Of a stretch of DNA of 43,759 bases, positions 17,489-27,018 are shown in pieces. This DNA is from Rhodothermales bacterium (GTDB lineage Bacteria; Bacteroidota; Rhodothermia; Rhodothermales; Rubricoccaceae): assembly GCA_038243565.1 (NCBI GenBank), contig JBBSQZ010000001.1, forward strand, positions 1 to 43,759, in the 5' to 3' direction. The position numbers and the translations under genes were made by a program. The notes beneath the pieces are model-generated. The model had not been told where the DNA came from. It saw only the letters and a program-made list of their open reading frames with translations, and did no database searches. How positions within the stretch are numbered: position 1 is the first letter of the stretch; the number at the start of each line of letters is the position of its first letter.

Positions 17489-18379
17489 ATGTCTCTGCCG
17501 CTCGTCGTCCCGTTCACCAAGATGTCCGGCGCCGGCAACGACTTCGTCGTGCTCGACAACCGCTTCCTGCGCTTCTCCGACGCCGAGCTCGCGGCGCTCG
17601 CGGCGCAGGCCTGCCCGCGGCGCGTCGGCGTCGGGGCCGACGGCCTGCTCGCGCTCGACGACGCGGATGGCGACGCCGACTTCCGGATGCGCTACCGCAA
17701 CGCCGACGGCTCGCTCGCGACGATGTGCGGCAACGGCGCGCGGTGCCTCGCCCGCTTCGCCGCCCGCGCGGGCCTCGGCCTGGAATCCGCCGACGGCACC
17801 GTTCGGCTCACCTTTGACACCGACGGCGGCCGCTACTCGGCGCGCGTCCTGGGCGGCCGCGGCGCCTCGGGAGCGGTCTTGCTGAACGTCCCGCCGCCGC
17901 GCGACCTCGCCGCGGTCACCGGCTTCGAGGACATGATCGAGACGGACGGCGAGCCCAGCCCGCTCGTCCGCATCTGGACCGGGACGGAGCACCTCGTCGC
18001 CTTCGTCGAGAACGTGGCCGCCGTCGATCTCGAAGCGGTCGGGCCGCGGTTGCGCCGCGACGTGCTATTCGCGCCGGCCGGGACGAACGTCAACGTCGTC
18101 GAAATCGCCGAGGCGGGGGAGGACGCGGCGCCGCGCATCGTCGTGCGGACGTTCGAGAAGGGCGTCGAGGGCGAGACGCTCGCCTGCGGGACGGGCGCGC
18201 TCGCCGCGGCACTCGCCGCGTTCCACACCGGCCGCGTCCACGAACCCGCGATGGACGTCGCGATGCCCGGCGGCACGCTCCGCGTCCACTTCACGCCGGG
18301 AACCGACGGCGTCTCGGACCTCGTGCTCGAGGGGCCGGCCGAGACGGTGTTCGAGGGGACGCTGGAGTGGAGAGGGTAG
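17489..18379 (+). CDS. dapF: Diaminopimelate epimerase
   Basis: FTKMSGAGNDFVVLD, MCGNGARC and ACGTGA are the two catalytic-Cys motifs. The ATG at 17489 is in frame with the track ORF. Confidence 0.9.
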   Translation: MSLPLVVPFTKMSGAGNDFVVLDNRFLRFSDAELAALAAQACPRRVGVGADGLLALDDADGDADFRMRYRNADGSLATMCGNGARCLARFAARAGLGLESADGTVRLTFDTDGGRYSARVLGGRGASGAVLLNVPPPRDLAAVTGFEDMIETDGEPSPLVRIWTGTEHLVAFVENVAAVDLEAVGPRLRRDVLFAPAGTNVNVVEIAEAGEDAAPRIVVRTFEKGVEGETLACGTGALAAALAAFHTGRVHEPAMDVAMPGGTLRVHFTPGTDGVSDLVLEGPAETVFEGTLEWRG

Positions 18380-18403
18380 CGCGCTGGTTTAGGCTGACGC
18401 CGC

Positions 18404-18503
18404 GAGAGTTTGGAGTTTGAAGTTTGGGGAACGTGGAGTGGAGTGAAAGCAAGCCGTCCCGATGGTCGCACGGTCTACCACCTCTTCAAACTTCAAACTG
18501 CAT
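18404..18503. repeat. Heptad-periodic hairpin element, GTTTGRA subfamily (between convergent dapF and ubiE)
   Basis: Arms are gagagtttggagtttgaagtttgggg and cctcttcaaacttcaaactgcat. The ubiE stop is followed on its own strand by aatgcagtttgaag. Confidence 0.85.
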
Positions 18504-18504
18504 T

Positions 18505-19236
<732 letters not shown>

Positions 19237-19395
19237 AGCGGGAGCGTATTCCAGTCGTGTGAGGGCGGAAACCTACCGTTCCGATGACCCTGCGGTGCCC
19301 GCCGAGGCGCGAACGCGAACGGAACGCACGTTGCTTTCAATGTTTTCTGAAACCTCCCGATGCCCGCCCGGTACCTTCCCGGCCTGTAGCTTCCC

Positions 19396-20850
19396 ATGCC
19401 CCGCCGGCCGACGCTCGTGTTCACTGCCCCGACCCTCCTCTCGGCCGACCGCCTGCGCGCCGCGCTCGGCGACGCGTTCGCGTCGTGGGACGGCCGCGCG
19501 GTGCTGCGCGTCGAGGTCCCGGCCGACCCCGCCGACGCGCTCGCGTGGCTGGCGGCGCAGACTGAGGCGCCGCGTGTGGCGTGGGGTGGCCGCGACGACG
19601 CCGAGCAGCGCGCCGGAGTCGGATCGGCGCGGACGGTCGAGGCGGCATCGCTGGACGACGTCTCGGCCATCGAGGACGCGGTGTCCCACCTCCCGGCCGG
19701 TGCGCGTTTTTATGGGACGGTCCGGTTCGACGCCGCGCAGGCGCCTGCGCCCGAGTGGGCGGCCTTCGGGCGCGTCCGCTTCGTGCTGCCCCGCGCCGAG
19801 CTCGTCGTCCGCGAGCGCCGCGCGGTGGTGGCCGTTCACATCGCGCCGGGTGAGCGCCTCGCCGCCGTGCTGGCCGAGGTCGCGCGCCTCGTGCCGCACA
19901 CCGACGCGGCGCCGGCTGCGCTGCCGTTCGTCGAGACGCGCGCCAACCTGCCCGGCAACGCCGGCTGGACGCGGGCCGTCCGCGACGCCCTCGCCGCGTT
20001 CGCTGCGGGGCGCCTCGAGAAGGTCGTCCTCGCGCGCCGCGCAGACCTGACGTTCGACGAGCCGGTCGACGCCGTCGCTTTGCTGCGGCACCTCGCGCCC
20101 GCCGCGCCGCGCTGCTTCCACATCCTCGTCGACCCCGGCGCTGGCTCCGCCTTCGTCGCCGCGACGCCCGAGCGCCTCTTCCGCCTCGAGACGGACGCCG
20201 GCGGCGTGCGGCGCCTCGCGACCGAGGCCGTCGCCGGGACGCGCCCGCGCGCGGCCGACGACGACGCCGACGACGCGCTCCTCGGCGAGCTGATGGGCTC
20301 CGACAAAGACCGCCGCGAGCACGCGTTCGTCCGCGACGCGATCGCCGAGCGCCTCGCCCCGCTCACGACGTCTGTCGCCGTCGACGCGCACGCGGGCGCG
20401 ATGACGCTCGCCCGCGGCCGCCACATCCGCACCGGCATCGCCGCGACGCTCGCCGATCATGCGACGCCGCTCGACGTGCTCCGTGCGCTCCACCCGACGC
20501 CGGCCGTCGGCGGGACGCCGCGCGAGGCGGCGCGCCTCGCCATCGCTACCGCCGAGCCGTTCGCCCGCGGCCTCTACGCCGGCGCCGTCGGCTGGATCGG
20601 GCGCGACGCGGCCGGCCGCGAGGCGGCCGAGTTCGCCGTCGGGATCCGCTCCGCGCTCGTCCGCGGCGCCAGCGTGTCGCTGTACTCCGGCGCCGGCATC
20701 GTCGCCGGGAGCGAGCCCGAGGCCGAGTGGGCTGAGATCGAGGGCAAGCTCGCCGACTTCGCGCGCGTGCTCGGCACGGCGCCTCGCGGCGGATCGCCGC
20801 GCGCGGCATCCGGCGACGGCGCCGCCTCGGCGCCGCCCGTGCCCGCCTGA
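19396..20850 (+). CDS. menF: Isochorismate synthase
   Basis: Chorismate-binding motifs: FVAATPERLF, AVAGTRPR, KDRREHAFV, LHPTPAVGGTPR, RGLYAGAVGW, GAGIVAGSEPEAEW. Confidence 0.9.
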   Translation: MPRRPTLVFTAPTLLSADRLRAALGDAFASWDGRAVLRVEVPADPADALAWLAAQTEAPRVAWGGRDDAEQRAGVGSARTVEAASLDDVSAIEDAVSHLPAGARFYGTVRFDAAQAPAPEWAAFGRVRFVLPRAELVVRERRAVVAVHIAPGERLAAVLAEVARLVPHTDAAPAALPFVETRANLPGNAGWTRAVRDALAAFAAGRLEKVVLARRADLTFDEPVDAVALLRHLAPAAPRCFHILVDPGAGSAFVAATPERLFRLETDAGGVRRLATEAVAGTRPRAADDDADDALLGELMGSDKDRREHAFVRDAIAERLAPLTTSVAVDAHAGAMTLARGRHIRTGIAATLADHATPLDVLRALHPTPAVGGTPREAARLAIATAEPFARGLYAGAVGWIGRDAAGREAAEFAVGIRSALVRGASVSLYSGAGIVAGSEPEAEWAEIEGKLADFARVLGTAPRGGSPRAASGDGAASAPPVPA

Positions 20851-20853
20851 GCC

Positions 20854-22668
20854 GTGCCGTGTGCTTCGCAGACCTTGCGGTTCGACACCCGCGCCATTCC
20901 GAACGTCAACGCGCTGTGGGCGGCGCTGCTCGTCGAGGAGCTCATCCGGCAGGGCGTCGGGCTGTTCGTCGTCGCGCCGGGCTCGCGGAGCACGCCCCTT
21001 GCGGTCGCCGTGGCGCGGGCCGTTGCTGCTGGAAAGACGACGTGGCTCGTGCATCCGGACGAGCGCGCCGCGGCGTTCGTCGCGCTGGGGTGGGGGAGGG
21101 CGACCGGAAGCCCGGCCGCCGTCATCACGACGTCCGGGACGGCCGTCGCCAACCTGCTGCCCGCCGCCGTCGAGGCGGACGCCGCGGGCGTGCCGCTGCT
21201 GCTGCTCACGGCGGACCGGCCGCCGGAGCTGCGCGAGACGGGAGCGAACCAGACGGTCCGCCAGCCCGGCCTCTTCCAGACCGTCGCGCGGTGGGCCTTC
21301 GACGCGCCCGTGCCGAGCGCCGACCTCGACCCGGCTGTCATTCTGACGACGGCCGCGCACGCCTATTCGCGATCGATCGCGCCGGCCGGGCCGGTCCACC
21401 TCAACCTGCCCTTCCGCGAGCCGCTCGGCGACGAGCCCGACGGGACGGACGCCGCGGCGCTCACGGTGCACCTGGGGCGGTGGACCGAAAGCGATGAGCC
21501 GTACACGCGGACGGACGCCCCGTCGATGCCCGACCCGGACGCGACTAAGCGCCTCGCGACTCGACTCGCTGGTGTTGAGCGTGGCTTAGTCGTTTTGGGT
21601 GCGACGGACTTTCCGGCCGATAGCGTCGGCGCCGAGGACCTTGCCAAGCGCCTTGGCTGGCCGCTCCTGCCTGATGTGGCATCGCAAGGGCGCACCGATG
21701 GCGCCGCGGGTGCATCCGGCCCCGTCGCAGCGCACTACGACCTCGCGCTCGCGTCGTCTGCCTTCGCCGGGACGCACCGCCCCGACGCCGTGATTGTGCT
21801 AGGAGGCCGGCCGCTCTCGAAGCGGTTACTCGCATTGATCGACGATGCTCGGCCCAATCCTTACATCGTCGTTCGGTCGGGACCGGAGCGGTTCGACCCT
21901 GGACACGTCGTGTCCGACCGTGTTGTCTCGACGCCGATGTGGGCCGCACGGGCGCTTGCCGAGGCGCTGCCCCCGGCACCAGTAGCATCGGCATGGCTCG
22001 GCGCATGGCAGCGCGCCTCGGTAGCAGCCGAGTCGGCCGCCACCGCTGAGATTGGTCGCGATCTCTCCGAGCCGTTCGTCGCTCGTACCGTGGCGCGCCT
22101 CGCGTCTAACCTCATCCTCGCCGCCTCGATGCCGATTCGCGACGTGGACGCGTTCGCAGTGGCCGACGTCGGCGCCGCGTTCGTGACGGCCAACCGCGGC
22201 GCCTCGGGCATCGACGGGACCGTGGCGACGGCGCACGGCGTCGCGCGCGGCCTCGGCGAGCCCGTCGTGCTGCTCATCGGCGACCTCGCGCTGGTCCACG
22301 ACCAGACGAGCCTGATGCTGCTGCGGAGCGGCCCGCCGGTCGTCGTCGTCGTCGTGAACAACGACGGCGGGGGCATCTTCCACTTCCTTCCCGTCGCCCG
22401 AGGCGCGCACCCGCTCGACGCCGCGACGTTCGAGGCGGTGATGGCCGCGCCGCACGGCCTCACGTTCGAGCATCCGGCGGCGCAGATGGGCCTGCCGTAC
22501 CACGCCCCGACGACATCGGACGCCTTCGAGGCGGCCCTCACCGAGGCGCTCGCCTCGGGCGCCTCGGCCGTCATCGAGGTGCGCACGGACCGGGCCGAGA
22601 ACGCGGCGCTCCACGCTCGAATCACGGCGGCGGCAGCGGCGGCCGTCGACGCGGCGCTCGGGGTGTGA
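20854..22668 (+). CDS. menD: SEPHCHC synthase (2-succinyl-5-enolpyruvyl-6-hydroxy-3-cyclohexene-1-carboxylate synthase)
   Basis: NVNALWAALLVEELIRQGVGLFVVAPGSRSTPL, TSGTAVANL, and the ThDP motif region GDLALVHD...NNDGGGIF. GTG start 4 nt after the menF stop. Confidence 0.9.
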   Translation: MPCASQTLRFDTRAIPNVNALWAALLVEELIRQGVGLFVVAPGSRSTPLAVAVARAVAAGKTTWLVHPDERAAAFVALGWGRATGSPAAVITTSGTAVANLLPAAVEADAAGVPLLLLTADRPPELRETGANQTVRQPGLFQTVARWAFDAPVPSADLDPAVILTTAAHAYSRSIAPAGPVHLNLPFREPLGDEPDGTDAAALTVHLGRWTESDEPYTRTDAPSMPDPDATKRLATRLAGVERGLVVLGATDFPADSVGAEDLAKRLGWPLLPDVASQGRTDGAAGASGPVAAHYDLALASSAFAGTHRPDAVIVLGGRPLSKRLLALIDDARPNPYIVVRSGPERFDPGHVVSDRVVSTPMWAARALAEALPPAPVASAWLGAWQRASVAAESAATAEIGRDLSEPFVARTVARLASNLILAASMPIRDVDAFAVADVGAAFVTANRGASGIDGTVATAHGVARGLGEPVVLLIGDLALVHDQTSLMLLRSGPPVVVVVVNNDGGGIFHFLPVARGAHPLDAATFEAVMAAPHGLTFEHPAAQMGLPYHAPTTSDAFEAALTEALASGASAVIEVRTDRAENAALHARITAAAAAAVDAALGV

Positions 22669-22730
22669 CGCGGTCGGTTTAGCTACGCCGCGGCAGGCCG
22701 ATACCCGCCCGAACCGCCTTTCGTGCCTCC

Positions 22731-23216
22731 ATGGGCCAGCAGCAGCTTCTCCTCCTCGTCGTCGTCATCGTCATCGTCGGCCTCGCGGTCGTCGTCGGCA
22801 TCCAGCAGTTTGGCGAGGGCCGTCAGAAGGCCGACATCGACCGCCTGACGGTCGAGGCGGTCCGCATGGCGACCGGCGCGAGCGCGTGGCGATCGACGCC
22901 CGTGGCCATGGGCGGCGGCAAGGGCGACGCCTCGTTTGCCCGTTTCAGCCTCGCCAACCTCGGCTTCAGCAATGCGAGCGTGGTGGGCAACGGCGAGATC
23001 TCCGCCGACGCGACGACCATCCGCTCGGTCTGGAATCGGGATAGCCCGGTGACCTACATCTCGGTCGCCAACGCGGCCTACGACGCCGAGGCGCAGATCT
23101 ACCTCTACGGGCCGGGCCCGAACTGCCTCGCCGCCCGGACCCGCCGGACGGTCGGCGGGGCAGAGGTCTTCGCGCCCGCCGAGGCGCCGCCGCAGCCGCC
23201 GGGCTGCACGTGGTAG
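22731..23216 (+). CDS. Hypothetical membrane-anchored protein with pilin-like architecture
   Basis: The N-terminus MGQQQLLLLVVVIVIVGLAVVVGIQQF is a single hydrophobic helix, followed by a ~130-aa soluble domain with two Cys near the C-terminus (GPNC...PPGC). No recognisable men function. Coding status rests on ORF length and position only. Confidence 0.45.
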   Translation: MGQQQLLLLVVVIVIVGLAVVVGIQQFGEGRQKADIDRLTVEAVRMATGASAWRSTPVAMGGGKGDASFARFSLANLGFSNASVVGNGEISADATTIRSVWNRDSPVTYISVANAAYDAEAQIYLYGPGPNCLAARTRRTVGGAEVFAPAEAPPQPPGCTW

Positions 23217-23258
23217 GAGGAGAGAACTGGGAAATGGCGACCGGGAAACGGGGGCTGG
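23217..23258. repeat. Half element (5' arm only), GGGAAAT subfamily
   Basis: ggaggagagaactgggaaatggcgaccgggaaacgggggctgg closely resembles the 5' arm at 7919-7963. No clear complementary arm precedes the menH ATG. Confidence 0.55.
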
Positions 23259-23283
23259 CCGGAGCGCCTCGGTAGCTTCCGGG

Positions 23284-24066
23284 ATGCCGCCGCCCGCGCT
23301 CCTGCTCCACGGATTCCTCGGCCGAGGCGCCGACTGGGACCCCGCCGCCGACCGCCTCGCAGCAGAGCGGGCGGTCCTCGCGCCGGACTGGCTCGACGAG
23401 GCACGGCAAACGGACCACGCGGCGCCAGCCGACGACCGGGACGCCGAGCCCTTCGACGCTGCCGCGCCGCGTCCGGGCGGACTCGCATGGGCTGCGGACC
23501 GCCTCGCCGGGCGCCTCGACGCTGCCGGCATCGAGCGCGCCGATGTCGCCGGCTACTCGATGGGCGGGCGCCTCGCGCTGCTGTTCGCCCTCCGGCATCC
23601 CGAGCGCGTGCAGCGCCTCGTGCTCGTGAGCGCCTCGCCGGGCCTGAAGACGCCCGCGGAACGGGCCGCGCGGCGCGTCCACGACGCTGTCCTCGCCCAC
23701 GACCTCACCGCCGACTTTCCAACCTTCCTCGCGAGGTGGACGCGCCAGCCCGTCTTCGCCTCGCTCACGCAGGCGCAGCGCGCGGCGATCGAAGCGGACC
23801 GCCTCGCGCACGTCGACCCGCGGCGGGCGGCGCGGGCGCTCGTCGCGATGGGAACGGGGGCGACGCCGAGCCTGTGGGAGCCGCTGCGCAGCCTCCGCGT
23901 AGAGACGCACGCCGTCGCCGGCGCGCTCGACCCGAAGTACGCCGCTCTCGCGCGCGCGATGGCCGCCGCGGGCGTCCGCGCCACGATCCTTCCTGACGCC
24001 GGGCACGCGCTCCTCACCGAGGCGCCCGGCGCCCTCGCCGACCTTCTCTCTCACCTGTTCGCCTGA
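23284..24066 (+). CDS. menH: SHCHC synthase (alpha/beta hydrolase)
   Basis: LLLHGFLG, nucleophile elbow GYSMGGR, and a C-terminal DAGHAL. Lies immediately upstream of menB. Carries an acidic insertion after the first strand. Confidence 0.8.
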   Translation: MPPPALLLHGFLGRGADWDPAADRLAAERAVLAPDWLDEARQTDHAAPADDRDAEPFDAAAPRPGGLAWAADRLAGRLDAAGIERADVAGYSMGGRLALLFALRHPERVQRLVLVSASPGLKTPAERAARRVHDAVLAHDLTADFPTFLARWTRQPVFASLTQAQRAAIEADRLAHVDPRRAARALVAMGTGATPSLWEPLRSLRVETHAVAGALDPKYAALARAMAAAGVRATILPDAGHALLTEAPGALADLLSHLFA

Positions 24067-24954
24067 ATGGCTCACCACAACACCGACCGCCCGACCGTCT
24101 CCGGCCCCTTCGACTGGGACGCCGTGGGCAGCTTCACCGACATCATCTACGAGAAGGGCCGGCCGGGCACCAACACGGCCGGCATCGCGCGCGTGACGAT
24201 CAACCGCCCCGAGGTCCGCAACGCCTTCCGCCCGACGACCGTCACCGAGATGATCGCGGCCATCGACGACGCCCGCGACGACGCCACGATCGGCGTGTTC
24301 GTGATCACCGGCGCCGGCGACCAGGCGTTCTGCTCCGGCGGCGACCAGCGCATCCGCGGCGAGCACGGCTACAAGGAGGTCACGGACGGGCAGGAGACCG
24401 GCACGCAGCGCCTCAACGTGCTCGACTTCCAGACGCGCATCCGGCGCATGCCGAAGCCCGTCATCGCGTCCGTCAACGGCTGGGCTGCCGGCGGCGGGCA
24501 CGTGCTCCACGTCGTCTGCGACCTGACGATTGCGTCGGACAATGCGCACTTCATGCAGACCGGCCCTAAGGTCGGCTCCTTCGACGGCGGCTACGGCACG
24601 TCCCACCTCGCGCGCATCGTCGGCCAGAAGAAGGCGCGCGAGATCTGGTTCCTCTGCCGGCCCTACTCCGCGCAGGAGGCGCTGGACATGGGCCTCGTCA
24701 ACACCGTCGTGCCGCTGGCCGAGCTCGAGCGCGAGACGGTCCAGTGGTGCCGCGAGATCCTCGCCAACTCGAACATCGCCATCCGCATGATCAAGGCGGC
24801 CGCGAACGCGGACGAGGACGGCGGCGCGGGCCTCCAGGAGCTCGCCGGCCACGCGACGATGCTGTTCTACATGACCGAGGAGGGCCAGGAGGGCCGCAAC
24901 GCCTACCTCGAGCGCCGCCCGCCGAACTTCGACGCCGACGGGTACCGGCCGTGA
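24067..24954 (+). CDS. menB: 1,4-dihydroxy-2-naphthoyl-CoA synthase
   Basis: Crotonase fold: [36 protein letters not shown]. Confidence 0.95.
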   Translation: MAHHNTDRPTVSGPFDWDAVGSFTDIIYEKGRPGTNTAGIARVTINRPEVRNAFRPTTVTEMIAAIDDARDDATIGVFVITGAGDQAFCSGGDQRIRGEHGYKEVTDGQETGTQRLNVLDFQTRIRRMPKPVIASVNGWAAGGGHVLHVVCDLTIASDNAHFMQTGPKVGSFDGGYGTSHLARIVGQKKAREIWFLCRPYSAQEALDMGLVNTVVPLAELERETVQWCREILANSNIAIRMIKAAANADEDGGAGLQELAGHATMLFYMTEEGQEGRNAYLERRPPNFDADGYRP

Positions 24955-24958
24955 GTGC

Positions 24959-25057
24959 GGGGGAAATGGGGAACGGGGAATGGGGAATGGGAACTGCACG
25001 TCCGCAGGCCGAGGCTCATCCCTCGCCGGTCCCCAGTTCCCAGTCCCCAGCCCCCAG
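24959..25057. repeat. Heptad-periodic hairpin element, GGGGAAT subfamily (menB stop to menA)
   Basis: 5' arm gggggaaatggggaacggggaatggggaatgggaactg. 3' arm cggtccccagttcccagtccccagcccccag. Confidence 0.8.
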
Positions 25058-25943
25058 CCGCCCGGCGGCCGTCCTCGTCTGGCTCTCCGCGGCGCGGCCC
25101 AAGACGCTGCCTGCCGCCGCGGCGCCGGTCGTGCTCGGGACGGCCTTCGCGTGGGCAGACGGCGCGCACCATGCCGCGGCCGCGGCGTGCGCGCTCGCCG
25201 CGGCGCTGCTGATCCAGGTCGGGACCAACTTCGCCAACGACGCCGAGGACTTCGCCCGCGGGGCGGACACCGCGGCGCGCGTCGGGCCGAAGCGGGCCGT
25301 CAACGAGGGCTGGGTGACGGCGGCCGGGATGCGCCGCGCCGCGGCGCTCGCCTTCGGCGCGGCGTTCGCGTCGGGCCTGGTCCTCGTCTGGCGCGGCGGC
25401 CTGCCCGTCCTCGCCCTCGGGCTGGCGGCGATCGCGTCGGGGGTCGCGTACACGAGGGGCCGCTACGCGCTGGCGTACACCGGCCTCGCGGACCTGTTCG
25501 TGCTCGTGTTCTTCGGCCCCGTCGCCGTCGGCGGGACGTACTTCGTGCAGGCGCTCGCGCTGCCGCCCTCCGTGCTCGTCGCCGGGCTCGGGCCGGGCGC
25601 GCTCGCGACGGCCATCCTCGTCGCCAACAACGTCCGCGACGTGGAGCAGGACCGCGCAGCGGGCAAGCGGACGCTCGTCGTGCGCCTCGGCCGCCCGTTC
25701 GGCGTCGGGCTGTACGGGCTGTGCTTCATCGTGGCATTCGGCGCCACGGTCTATGCCATCGTCACGTCGGGTGGACATGTGGGCGCGTGGGCGGCGGCGG
25801 TGGTCGCGCTCGTCGGCGGGCTCGTGCTGCGGCCCGCGCTGAGGCGATCGCACGGCGTAGCGGCGGCGCCGATCCTCGGCAAGACGGCGGCCGTGCTGAT
25901 GCTCTACGCGCTCACCTTCGCCCTCGGCTGGGTACTGACGTGA
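24987..25943 (+). CDS. menA: 1,4-dihydroxy-2-naphthoate polyprenyltransferase
   Basis: WLSAARPKTLPAAAAPVVLG, UbiA-type NDAEDFARGAD, and polytopic. The only in-frame ATGs upstream of the conserved core are 24966 and 24987, and both lie inside the hairpin element. The start is uncertain. Confidence 0.8.
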   Translation: MGTARPQAEAHPSPVPSSQSPAPSRPAAVLVWLSAARPKTLPAAAAPVVLGTAFAWADGAHHAAAAACALAAALLIQVGTNFANDAEDFARGADTAARVGPKRAVNEGWVTAAGMRRAAALAFGAAFASGLVLVWRGGLPVLALGLAAIASGVAYTRGRYALAYTGLADLFVLVFFGPVAVGGTYFVQALALPPSVLVAGLGPGALATAILVANNVRDVEQDRAAGKRTLVVRLGRPFGVGLYGLCFIVAFGATVYAIVTSGGHVGAWAAAVVALVGGLVLRPALRRSHGVAAAPILGKTAAVLMLYALTFALGWVLT

Positions 25944-25987
25944 TGGGGGGAATGCCCGGGCATCGTGCTGAGGCGCGGCGTCGTGCT

Positions 25988-26015
25988 GAGACGCCCCGGC
26001 GGGGCGTCTCTACGG
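25988..26015. repeat. REP-like palindrome with CTAC tail
   Basis: gagacgcccc-ggc-ggggcgtctc followed by tacgg. The same unit recurs at 43478-43510 and inverted at 43329-43353. Confidence 0.75.
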
Positions 26016-26022
26016 GTGGGAC

Positions 26023-27018
26023 GTGATGGACGGCATGACGATCTCGCTGCACCCGTACACGCTGCCGCTCGTCGAGCCGGTCGTCTGGGGTGGCGTGGCA
26101 CAGACGGAGCGCCGCGGCGTGCTCGTCCGAGCCGAGACCGAGGCGGGCGCCGTCGGCTGGGGCGACGCGGCGCCGCTGCCGGGTTTCAGCCAGGAGACGC
26201 TCGCCGAGACGACGGCCGCGCTCGAACGCGCTGCCCGAGGCGACCCGGCGAACCTGCCGTCATCGGCGCAGTGCGGGCTGGACCTGGCGCTGGCCGACGC
26301 CGCGGCGCAGGACGCCGGCCGCCGCCTCGCCTTCTCGGCCGATCCCGAGGTCACGGTTCCGCTCGCCGGGCTCGTCCTGAACGGCCCCGGCGCCGAGGCA
26401 CGCGCCGAACGCCTCGCTGAAGCCGGCTACCGGACGCTCAAGCTCAAAGTCGGACGTGGTGCTGTGGAGGCTGACGCTGCGCTCGTCAGGGCCGTCTGCG
26501 ATGCCGTCGGGCCAACCGTCGCGCTGCGCCTCGACGCCAACCGCGCGTGGTCCGACGACCGGGCCCGCCGCTTCGCCGAGGCGCTCGGCGACGTGGCGCT
26601 GGACTTCGTCGAGGAGCCGCTCTCGGATCCCGCCGGCCTGCCCGAACTGTGGCTGGACACCGGCCTGCCGCTCGCGCTGGACGAGACGCTCCAGCAGCCC
26701 GGCGGCATCGACCTGATCCGCGGCTGGGCCGCGGCCGTAGTCGTCAAGCCGACGCTCGTCGGCGGTTTTTCGGCGGCGCTCGGCATCTCGCGGCGCGCCT
26801 TGGAGGTCGGCGTCCGGACCGTCGTCAGCGCGGCGTTCGAGAGCGGCGTCGGGCTGCGCGGGCTCGTCGCGCTCGCCGCGGCGACGGGCGGGCACGCGGC
26901 CGGCCTCGACACGTACCGCTGGCTCGCGCGCGACGTCCTCGACCCGCGCCTCCCGCTCGGTCGGCCGACGGTCGACGTGCCGGGCCTGCTCTCCCGCCCG
27001 CTCGACCCACTGCCATGA
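26023..27018 (+). CDS. menC: o-Succinylbenzoate synthase (enolase superfamily)
   Basis: LKLKVG, RLDANRAW, VEEP, ALDE and VVKP metal/base motifs. The start could be 26023 (GTG), 26026 or 26035 (ATG). Confidence 0.85.
   Translation: MMDGMTISLHPYTLPLVEPVVWGGVAQTERRGVLVRAETEAGAVGWGDAAPLPGFSQETLAETTAALERAARGDPANLPSSAQCGLDLALADAAAQDAGRRLAFSADPEVTVPLAGLVLNGPGAEARAERLAEAGYRTLKLKVGRGAVEADAALVRAVCDAVGPTVALRLDANRAWSDDRARRFAEALGDVALDFVEEPLSDPAGLPELWLDTGLPLALDETLQQPGGIDLIRGWAAAVVVKPTLVGGFSAALGISRRALEVGVRTVVSAAFESGVGLRGLVALAAATGGHAAGLDTYRWLARDVLDPRLPLGRPTVDVPGLLSRPLDPLP

Noticed and set aside
19237-19395. Promoter motifs in the ubiE/menF divergent spacer (AT-richer patch gttgctttcaatgttttctgaaacc)
   Set aside because: I found no convincing match to either -35/-10 or Bacteroidota-type TTTG/TAnnTTTG consensus at proper spacing, so no promoter is called.
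19273-21471. 732-aa minus-strand ORF
   Set aside because: It is antisense shadow of menF and menD, with no motifs.
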